This document shows positions 26,601 to 38,600 of a stretch of DNA of 64,000 nucleotides, piece after piece; position 1 is the stretch's first letter; each line of letters starts with the position of its first letter. The notes under the pieces are model-generated. The model was not told the DNA's origin. It saw nothing but the letters and a program-made list of their open reading frames with translations, and did no database searches. Source of the stretch: Laetmonice hystrix (taxonomy: Eukaryota); NCBI GenBank assembly GCA_965235115.1, contig OZ249436.1:44332001-44396000 (forward strand). Reading direction: 5' to 3'. Position numbers and translations under genes: made by a program.

Positions 26601-29600
26601 GTGAAATGAAATGTACACCAAAACTTAACACATTCACATTGCTAGCAGGTAGCTAATCACATTCTTATTGAAATGAAATGTACACCAAAACTTAACACAT
26701 TCACATTGCTAGCAGGTATCTCTTGATAATTACATTCTTAGTGAAGCTGTGAACTCACACCTACCAGATTTGAGCATGACTTCCTTTCTTGCCTTGACCG
26801 ACTTGGCAGGCGAAACCTTGTGCTCAGAGACAACCTTTCGCACGGGCTGCTGCTGTTTTTTTGTTGTAGAAGATGACGAGGTATTTTTAATTCCACCTAT
26901 ATCCTCAGAATCCGTTTTACGGGCTGCCGCCAGCACCCGTTCTTTCCTCACTAAAGGAATAAAAATAAAACTTCCATTGGTCAACTCAGGTCCTTAGAGA
27001 TAACATCTTGCTTGCAACTGTCACTCAGACGTTCCTTAATAATACGTGTACATGTACAGTTTATAATTTCTCACCAAGAAAAAATAGATCTGACAACACA
27101 GTATCTGAGAGAGATGAAGTAAAATTTAAATATATTGTATCCCAATGATTGTGATGTTTTGAAGAATTCAAATTCCACTCATAAGTTCAGGCACATGCCT
27201 AAGTGTATGGATAGAACTATGACAATAAATACATGAAGGATGACGAAAGTAACTTAACCCAACCATAGTTGAAATATCTCTACCTTATTTCAACTGGACC
27301 ACCCCCACTTACACTGATTTTCACACACTGGCTGAGACCATAAGCCAGGTATACATATTGAAAATGTTGGTCTTGAAACTCTGGATTTACCGGTAAGGTA
27401 AACGTGATTAAAATCATGTTAAAAATCAGTGATGAATTTGTAAGAAAATGTATCATGTAATCTTTTAACAAGTCCTTGATCTAAAGTGAAAGGTGAGACA
27501 GATCAGGACATACAGGTGAAGTTAAAGGTGAGTTATTATCACTGTTCGTCACTGTGGTAGTATACACACGTGAAAGGTGAGTCGTGGAATTCAATCAATG
27601 AGGAGATCAATGTTGTATTGTCTAAAAGTAAACTTCAAACTCTGTGCACGGCACACATCCAACAAACCTGACTTTCTTGATTTACGGCCTAGATCGTCAA
27701 GGGAAAAAGGCTATTAATGGTAACTATATCATGAGACCAGATTAAAATCTTCAACAAGACACATTTTGATGACATGATTTAGCATTCATTTATGATTCTG
27801 TAACCTGATCTATATTGACTAGAAAACACGACACATTTTGATGCCATGATTTAGCATTCATTCATGATTCTGTAACCTGATCTATATTGACTAGAAAACA
27901 CAACACATTTTGATGCCATGATTTACCATTCATTCATGATTCTGTAACCTGATCTATATTGACTAGAAAACACAACACATTTTGATACCATGATTTACCA
28001 TTCATTCATGATTATGTAACCTGATCTATATTGACTAGAAAACACAACACATTTTGATGACATGATTTAGCATTCATTCATGATTCTGTAACCTGATCTA
28101 TATTGACTAGAAAACACGACACATTTTGATGCCATGATTTAGCATTCATTCATGATTCTGTAACCCGATCTATATTGACTAGAAAACACAGCACATTTTG
28201 ATGACATGATTTAGCATTCATTCATGATTCTGTAACCTGATCTATATTGACTAGAAAACACAACACATTTTGATGCCATGATTTACCATTCATTCATGAT
28301 TCTGTAACCTGATCTATATTGACTAGAAAACACAGCACATTTTGATGACATGATTTAGCATTCATTCATGATTCTGTAACCTGATCTATATTGACTAGAA
28401 AACACAGCACATTTTGATGACATGATTTAGCATTCATTCATGATTCTGTAACCTGATCTATATTGACTAGAAAACACAGCACATTTTGATGACATGATTT
28501 AGCATTCATTCATGATTCTGTAACCTGATCTATATTGACTAGAAAACACAGCACATTTTGATGACATAATTTAGCATTCATTCATATGATCCTAACACCA
28601 GGCATACCTTTTTTTCCGGAGCCGAACTCAAGCACCACGACATCACTATGTTTGACATTGTTCAGCGGTTTCAGCATCACCTCCTCGTCCTCCTCCTCCT
28701 CAGGCCCACTGGATGCTGACAAGGCCTCCTCTATCTCATCATCATCAGTCTCACCCTCAGAATCCTTCAATTTAAACCACAATGGTCATCGACACAGTTC
28801 AACTTCAATTACATTGGGGGTTCCCTCAGTTTACGATCCCCAAATGTGCTCAATGTTAACACTCAAAACATGTCTTAGGCCTTCTGATTGGCTTGTCAAG
28901 TGAAGGTAGCCAATCAGGAACCCTCAGATATTTTTCAAAATAATTTACCAAAAAGCCAGCCTTGGACATTGCTGTAGTTGAATAGATTAAATAACTTTAG
29001 AATAACCATCATGCTTCACTGATGTATTTTGGCAATTTATACATATTCTGGTCAAAACATCTAAAGCAGCCTTTTCCAAGCTCACACAAATTTAACCTGG
29101 GAGCTACTGACCGATCCATGCATATGACCCCACATTAAGAATAGACGTTTTTAATTCTACTAGTATTTTGGCGCTCACAATGCCTGAACTTCCCATTCGA
29201 GAATATGTCCAGAATGTTAAAGATACAGTACCGTGTCAGTGCTGGGGTAGGCCATGCTCTGCCGGATGGTAGCATTCATCTCTAGACTCTGACGTAACTT
29301 CTATAAAACAACAAATAGAATTTGTGAGAAAAGTGGCCCAACCAACAAGCATTGACTTGTCATTAATATTAAGATGAAACATTTAGATGTTTAGTCAAAA
29401 ACTTTTAACACATTATTAAGTTAAATTTACCATGGACCTGGTCAGAAATTATGCGAATTAAGGCAATGTAACCATTTTAAAATGACTTTCTCTGACCTAT
29501 ACCGGCAGCCATGCAGGTGATCTGTTGACATCTATGACTTACCTTAACATCAGCAATGGTGAGGGCAAGCCGCTCCTTACCGTCAGGGTCACTCAAGATT

Positions 29601-32600
29601 GTGGGTTTTTTGCTGTCACCCAGCCCTGAGTAAGCTGTCTCACTCTCCTTCATGTGACGATGCATTTCAGCCGCCATTTCCTCCCGGTCCTTCTATAGTG
29701 ATCCACATACACAAAATTATTGTCATGTTAAAAAAAATCAGTAATTTTATGATTTAAAAAACAGACTTCTTTTTTCTCGAAGTATGATCACACTTTAGAA
29801 ACTGGTCATTTGGTCGAGTAAAAGTTTCTGACCTGATCCAAGTCACTGAGTTGATCTTCCGAGTCGTCAGCGCTGCTGACAGAGTTTTCCTCTTCACTCA
29901 GGTTCAAACTAGCCATCTCAAAGTCATCTTCGTATTCTCCCGTTAAGATTTCTACAACACATATTATATTCTCATCTTCATTTTGAAAAATTTTGTTTAC
30001 AACGTTTAATACAATTTAGAGTCTAGGCCTATATCATTTTCATTAAAAAAAAATGCATGCTGTCAAGATTAAATTCTCTTTAAAATTCAGGCAGTTAGCT
30101 TTACACAATGGGCCAGTAACCTATTCAGGAAATCCACTCTGAATATATGATCTAAATTGGGCCCTCGAATATAACAGTTCTGTTAGGTTGTACCTATCTC
30201 TTGCACACAAACTGTGCATTAAGGCATGCAAGCCGCCTTTCTTTCAGACAAGTGCCACATGTAATAGGACCATATCAAAAGGACAGACTCAGGTAGACGC
30301 CTGTGCTGCCACCTAGTGAAGAGGTCATGAACCAAACTAAACTCGGTTATATCAGAATATCAGAACATGAAGAGTGACAGGAAGCTATTCCTACCTGGTG
30401 CCTTAACTTTCACTTTTTCACCACGGTGAGTTTTTAAGCTGACAGAGCCAGCCTGCCAGTTACGCCTCCTCGTGTTTTCAGGTGCTGTTTTAGACCTGTA
30501 CTGATTGACCTCCTCGTGAGCATGAAGCTCAGCTAACTCCCGATTCAGCCGGTTTAGTCTGCTTGCCTCTATAAAAGACAGAAATAAGATCAACTCTGTA
30601 TGAAATTAAATGAACTGAACGTTCAAATCAAAGGGGACTATGAAAATGTGGCTGTCACCGTTGATCTGAATAACTTTAGGGAATTTAGTATGATATTATA
30701 ATCAGGCCTCGAATTAGAAGTTAAAAGGGGCACGGCAAAAATTGCCGTCGAGGGCCTTGTTTAAAGGAGGGCACCACGGCATTTTCAACAAGTTTAGAAG
30801 GGCACCACGGCAAATTTACTTCTTCAAAACCAAACCTCGCATGTCTGGCTTAACAGTAAAACAAGGAACCTTCACACTTTAGGTTAGTGGTGTTGGTGAT
30901 CACGAGGGGATCGATGTCAGGAATGATTTGGCGGTCCCAGGACGTTTCGAGCGCGTACCAGTTCGAGCGCCGCTCCATTGCCAGTTCGAGCGCAAACCAG
31001 TTTGAGCACCGACCAGTTGAGCGGGCCTCCGTTGGCGGAGCCGCCCGCGTGCTACGCCCGCTCGTCGGGGGTAGATTTCGATGGAGACCGCTGAGCGCGG
31101 CCAGTTGAGCGCGGCCCCGTTCGAGCGGGCCGTAGGGAGGACACTGTCACTGTCAGTGTCGCAATATGACTAATAGGCACTAGTAATATCATCATACGAA
31201 AGATAGGGATACAATTCTTGCTGACTTCTGAGAACGGAACTTGTGAAATACAGGCCGAGTTGTGAAATAGTCGCGCTCGAAGTGGCCGGCGCTCGAACTG
31301 GTTCGCGCTCGAAACGTCCAGACACCGATTTGGCGATGGCTGGTTACAGCTGAAGGGCACATGGTAGCAAGGGAAAAGGGCACCACGGCACTGGACTGCC
31401 GTCGATGGGGCAAAAAATAGGAGGGCACCACAGCAAATGGAAGGGGCACCACGGCAATTGCCGTCGATGCCGTCGTGTAATTCGAGGCCTGTATAATTCA
31501 CAATGTGAATAAAACCAGTGTGTAGAAAACTACCTACAGCACTGTTCGAATACCTCTTTTATTAGGACCACATTACCAGAGGTATGGTAATAATGTTTAT
31601 TATCTACTTGGGGACAAAATGTCACACCCAATATGTGTGCCAACATATTCACAAACACCCGGACTACAAATAGCAGTTACTTTTTGTTTTGTTGTATTTT
31701 AACTTTCCTTCAGACCGAACCTCTACCAGTAATCTCTCACACAATAAGTAAACAGTATTTGTTATTTGTCCTTAATCTCCTTGATTCTAACTGTTACCTG
31801 CAGTGTGTTTTTATCTGTCCTTAATCTCCTTGATTCTGTTACCTGCAGTGTGTGTTTTTATCTGTCCTTAATCTCCTTGATTCTAACTGTTACCTGCAGT
31901 GTTTTTATCTGTCCTTAATCTCCTTGATTCTAACTCTTACCTGCAGTGTGTGTTTTTATCTGTCCTTAATCTCCCTGATTCTAACTGTTACCTGCAGTGT
32001 GTGTTTTTATCTGTCCTTAATCTCCACGATTCTAACTGGTACCTGCAGTGTGTGTTTTTATCTGTCCTTAATCTCCACAATTCTAACTGTTACCTGCAGT
32101 GTGTGTTTTTATCTGTCCTTAATCTCCTTGATTCTAACTGTTACCTGCAGTGTGTGTTTTTTATCTGTCCTTAATCTCCCTGATTCTAACTGTTACCTGC
32201 AGTGTGTGTTTTTATTTGTCCTTAATCTCCTTGATTCTAACTGTTACCTGCAGTGTGTGTTTTTATCTGTCCTTAATCTCCTTAATTCTAACTGTTACCT
32301 GCAGTGTGTGTTTTTTATCTGTCCTTAATCTCCTTGATTCTAACTGTTACCTGCAGTGTGTGTTTTTATTTGTCCTTAATCTCCTTGATTCTAACTGTTA
32401 CCTGCAGTGTGTGTTTTTATCTGTCCTTAATCTCCTTGATTCTAACTGTTACCTGCAGTGTGTGTTTTTTATCTGTCCTTAATCTCCCTGATTCTAACTG
32501 TTACCTGCAGTGTGTGTTTTTATTTGTCCTTAATCTCTTTGATTCTAACTGTTACCTGCAGTGTGTGTTTTTATCTGTCCTTAATCTCCTTGATTCTAAC

Positions 32601-35600
32601 TGTTACCTGCAGTGTGTGTTTTTATCTGTCCTTAATCTCCTTGATTCTAACTCTTACCTGCAGTGTGTGTTTTTATCTGTCCTTAATCTCCTTGATTCTA
32701 ACTGTTACCTGCAGTGTGCGTTTTTATCTGTCCTTAATCTCCTTGATTCTAACTGTTACCTGCAGTGTGTGTTTTTATCTGTCCTTAATCTCCACGATTC
32801 TAACTGTTACCTGCAGTGTGTGTTTTTATCTGTCCTTAATCTCCTTGATTCTAACTGTTACCTGCAGTGTGTGTTTTTCGTGACCGTGTGTTTCCCGGAG
32901 TCTTGGAATGGTGCTGGTGAACATCGCCGTTCACGTAGAGGGTAAAACCCTGCTCCTTCTCTTCTAACTCAATCTGCTTTTCATCTTTTCGTTTCACCTT
33001 CTTCAGCAACCTGTAGAAAGTAGGCAATCTTAGTGGTAAGATTTTGTACACGGCGTCTTCTTAAACTTCTTGACAACTTCTTCATTCACACAAATCCTGT
33101 ACTCTTCCACCATTTCCTATCTGTACCAGGCCCTCCGATTTCACTTTGTCTTTAATTAACTGAAGCTATCATTATCCACCAACACTCATTCTGACAGGGA
33201 AAGTCTACTTAATGGGGCAAAATTTTCCAACTAACTTTGCCTTCTTCTTATATAAAACCATAAAGAGGTCCGAAATAAACATTCCTACCCTCAAAATAGC
33301 GTTGACTGACCTGTAATCAAACCACAGGCAGCCCCCAAAATTAAATTCAGTAGTTAAGCATTGTAGAGGGGGCGTGGCCCCAAGTGATCCCATTGGAAGT
33401 TATGCCATTTCTCAGCCAAGACAACGGTTTTCGCCCAAATTTTTTATGTTTTGCATCTAACTATATACTATAAAAAAACAAAACAATTTGCCTCACAAAA
33501 GATTCAAAAGCCGTTTGAAAGTGTGATCCTCCCGATTGTGCCCCTTTAAACCCTGAACCATGAGAATATCTCAGAGGTTTACAACCCTCGTCATACCTGT
33601 TACGCTCTTGGAGTAGGATCAGGTAGCGTTCATGTGAGCTAGGCTGGTCGTGCACATAGACTGGCTGCAAAACACAAACTGACACATGTCAATACCTAAC
33701 ATCATGTGAGCTAGGCTGGTCGTGCACATAGACTGGCTGCAAAACACAAACTGACACATGTCAATACCTAACATCATGTGAGCTAGGCTGGTCGTGCACA
33801 TAGACTGGCTGCAAAACACAAACTGACACATGTCAATACCTAACATCATGTGAGCTAGGCTGGTCGTGCACATAGACTGGCTGCAAAACACAAACTGACA
33901 CGATTGGAACAGTGACGAGAGTTAACCCGCAGAACGGCTTAACCCACTCTTTGGTTTAACCTCGTCTCCGGGTTAACTCAAAATCGCTGGGTTAAGTCAG
34001 TCAATTTCGTTCCGTATCACCCCATTCTAATCTGTATTTTCCATACAGCCTAATGGTGGTTTTGACCTCTAAAATAGAAGGAAACTTGCTTTACCTGACA
34101 TATTTAAATCAGTAATTTAAAAAATATTACAAATGCAACCAACTTGCAATAAAAATGGTGCTGCATTTGGCTGTTTAGGATAAACTCGCCAGCCACAACC
34201 AAGCGGCATCTTGCGGTAATGTACGGAGATATCAATTCTGACGTGATCTTTCCTGTGACGTCACAATTATTAGGTCAGGCTGACTGTGACGTTGGACTGC
34301 TATGTCACAGACAAGGCTCGATTCACGTCTTTGTGGCCTCTTATTTAGTCAGCAAAGAGATCTATGGCAAAATGGGTCACCGTCAGGCTGTAGGAACGGT
34401 ATCTCAGCAAGTTAGAAACGGAACTTGAAACGTGTAGATGACTCATAGGCTTGGTGATAGGCACGTATTCAGAGGCAATCGACACTCACGGCCTCCATGT
34501 TTCTGTGGGTTAACCCTACTAAGGTAGAAGGGTTAACTTTAACCCAGAGAACGGGTTAACCCCGAGAATTTTAACGTTCTTGCATACCGGGTTAACGAGT
34601 TAACCCACAGACTGGGTTAACCTCGAGGTTAAATACGTTCTTGCATACGGCCAAATGTCAATACCTAACATCATGTGAGCTAGGCTGGTCGTGCACATAG
34701 ACTGGCTGCAAAACACAAACTGACATGTCAATACCTAACATCATGTGAGCTAGGCTGGTCGTGCACATACTGGCTGCAAAACACAAACTGACACATGTCA
34801 ATACCTAACATCATGTGAGCTAGGCTGGTCGTGCACATAGACTGGCTGCAAAACACAAACTGACACATGTCAATACCTAACATCATGTGAGCTAGGCTGG
34901 TCGTGCACATAGACTGGCTGTAAAACACAAACTGACACATGTCAATACCTAACATCATGTGAGCTAGGCTGGTCGTGCACATAGACTGGCTGCAAAACAC
35001 AAACTGACACATGTCAATACCTAACATCATGTGAGCTAGGCTGGTCGTGCACATAGACTGGCTGCAAAACACAAACTGACACATGTCAATACCTAACATC
35101 ATGTGAGCTAGGCTGGTCGTGCACATAGACTTTCTGCAAAACACAAACAACCTAACGTTCATGGAAATTCTCCACCTCATTCGGTTAATTTTCTAGATAC
35201 TATGACCACTTAAGTTAATTATGTTTCAGAATTAAACATCACTAACAAGGTACTAACTTGTCCAAACAGATTGACAATTATCAAGTTGTGTTTGTGGTGG
35301 GAACTTTAACATCTCATGTGACAAAGTCGATTTACTGTCGATTAGTGATCTCAGTAGTGTGTCACAGTTTGAACACTTTGCCACAGGTTGTGGAACCGTC
35401 GGCCAGGTTTTATTTAGCACAAGTCAACCCTTAACACTAACAACAGCACTTCCAATAAACATCATTGCCTAGACACAGTTCTCTTGTGGTGACAAGAAAC
35501 CTGGTGCCCTACCTGGAATATTTACTGACTTAAAATGGCAGGATATATTGAAGTGTCAACCATCAACAATACAGAGCAAAGACTGTGTCAACCATCAACA

Positions 35601-38600
35601 ATATATAGCAGGGAGAGTGTCAACCCTCACCAATACAGAGCAAAGACTGTGTTAACCATCAACAATATATAGCAGGGAGAGTGTCAACCCTCACCAATAC
35701 AGAGCAAAGACTGTGTTAACCATCAACAATAGAGCAAAGACTGTGTTTTACCATCAACAATAGAGCAAAGACTGTGTTAACCATCAACAATACAGCAAAG
35801 ACTGTGTCAAGCATCAACAATATAGCAGGGAGAGTGTCAACCCTCACCAATAGAGCAAAGACTGTGTTAACCATCAACAATAGAGCAAAGACTGTGTTAA
35901 CCATCAACAATACAGCAAAGACTGTGTCAACCATCAACAATATAGCAGGGAGAGTGTCAACCCTCACCAATAGAGCAAAGACTGTGTTAACCATCAACAA
36001 TAGAGCAAAGACTGTGTTAACCATCAACAATACAGCAAAGACTGTGTCAACCATCAACAATATAGCAGGGAGAGTGTCAACCCTCACCAATAAAGCAAAG
36101 ACTGTGTCCACCATCAAAATATAGCAGGGAGAGTGTCAACCATCACCAAAAGAGCAAAGACTGTGTCAACCATCACCAATATAGCAAAGACTGTGTCAAC
36201 CATCAACAATGTATAGCAGGGAGAGTGTCAACCATCAGCAATAAAGCAAAGACTGTGTCAACCATCAACAATATAGCAGGGAGTGTCAACCCTCACCAAT
36301 ACAGAGCAAAGACTGTGTCAACCATCAACAATATAGCAGGGAGAGTGTCAACCCTCACCAATAGAGCAAAGACTGTGTCAACCATCAACAATATAGCAGG
36401 GAGAGTGTCAACCATCAGCAATAAAGCAAAGACTGTGTCCACCATCAAAATATAGCAGGGAGAGTGTCAACCATCACCAATACAGAGCAAAGACTGTGTC
36501 AATCATCAACAATACAGAGCAAAGACTGTGTCAACCATCACCAATAGAGCAGGGAGAGTGTCAACCATCACCAATACAGAGCAAAGACTGTGTCAACCAT
36601 CAACAATATAGCAGCGACTGTCAACCATCACCAATAGAGCAAAGACTGTGTCAACCATCACCAATAGAGCAAAGACTGTGTCAACCATCAACAATATAGC
36701 AAAGACTGTGTCAACCATCACCAATAGAGCAAAGACTGTGTCAACCCTCACCAATAGAGCAAAGACTGTGTCAACCATCAACAATATAGCAGGGAGAGTG
36801 TCAACCATCAACAATAGAGCAAAGACTGTGTCAACCATCAACAATATAGCAGGGAGAGTGTCAACCATCACCAATTCAGTCAATGAAGGTACCAACCACC
36901 ATAACCAATGTAGCAATGTTAACCAATTCAAAGCAGCAGAACTGCACAAACAAGACTGAGACAGAAAGAACTTTGAGAGCTTAAACTCACAGTCACACTG
37001 CAAATTAACATTAATAATAATTTACCATGTAAAATACCACCAAAGATAAAAAATATCAAAGACACAGATACAAGATTGCCACAGTAGTCCCTCTGTAAGC
37101 CTACTTGTTTTACTACCTTGGCCACAAGGAAAACATATAATTAAGGCATAGAATGTGTCCAGGATGTAGTGAATTTTGTCCAGGATGTAGGGAATTATGT
37201 CCAGGAAGTCATGAATTTTGTCCAGGATGTAGTGAATTTTGTCCACGATGTAGTGAATTTTGTCCACAATGTAGTGAATTTTGTCCAGGATGTAGTGAAT
37301 TTTGTCCACGATGTAGTGAATTTTGTCCACGATGTAGTGAATTATGTATCAGTCGATCATACACAGAGGAATGACAGTACTATGTTCAGTCTCTCAGATT
37401 GAGGGACTGCTCACAATAGGATCAAAGCAGACCGTAGCAGTACAGATATTTATTATGAATGGCAGTGTAGCCAGGCAGCTGGGCACACATACTTCCATAA
37501 ACATCACTAATTTATCCTAGTAGCTGGCAAATTTATAGCTAGGGCTCAAAGTTACGATCTTTGGGTCACCAAATGCAACCAGATTTGGCCAATGACGACC
37601 ATTTGAAAACATGGTCACCATGAATAACTCTTTTGGCGAGATAAAAGTGAGATGCAGCGTTGAAAAGTTTGGTAGTCGGTTGGTTGCACTATGTAGGTTT
37701 TGACCAACTTGAGTTGGTAGATTTGTACTTGTAAGTCAAGTCTGTGAGGTCTTGTCAGCTTTGATGAATATGTGCAATTACTGGTAATCAGGGTGAAAGC
37801 AAACCAATGACTACACAGAAAACATCAACAAACAGAGGACAGAGGACAGCAAGAATTTCTCAAACTAACATAAATTTACAATATCATCTGTTGATACCTT
37901 GACGAGTCAGGGTAAGCACCAGGCTATTTAGATCCTTTTGCATACGGAAATTTATAAGAAGAGAGAAAAAGCATCAATGATTAGGTATAATCATGAACTC
38001 TTCTGACTGCTCTTTAAAGAGGTACAAGACTGAGAGTACGTGTATTTAATTTTAAGGTTATTTACCATTATCAGACAATGCAATGCCGACGGTAATTTTT
38101 TACTTTGTACATAACTTAAGCTAATAAATTACGAAACCAAGTGAAATAAGAGCAGTGCCTGGCCCAGGATTTCACAGGAAGGATGGGTACTATGTCAAGG
38201 ATGGGGCATGTTTCGCACAAGACCAGCGAGTGCCAAGGCATAGGGATGGGCACCCGAGGCACCACGTGCTGCCACGTGGGGGATCTGGGTTATACCCCAC
38301 ATAATTCACGAAACCATGTTTTCAATGCACCATCCTAAATACCCTTTTACCATAAATCAATTACATAATTGATTTTATTTTGTTTTGAATTTGATCCGTG
38401 CAGGTAACTAATTGACTCTCCATTGCAGTGCTTACCTTCTCAGTCTGCACTTTCAGCTTTGTCTCCTGGGCACCCCACTTTTTTCTCTGGCGGTTATCTG
38501 TTACAAAGAGTGGTTCACATTATTACCTTTATAAACCAACAATCAATTATGAACTTATGATAATTTACCTTTGTCCTGCCGTACTCAGTGCTTTAGTTAT

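Noticed and set aside
19969..35150. Shared 72-bp period of three arrays as a mechanistic signature
   Set aside because: Other arrays have periods of 18-68 bp; three cases cannot be distinguished from coincidence.
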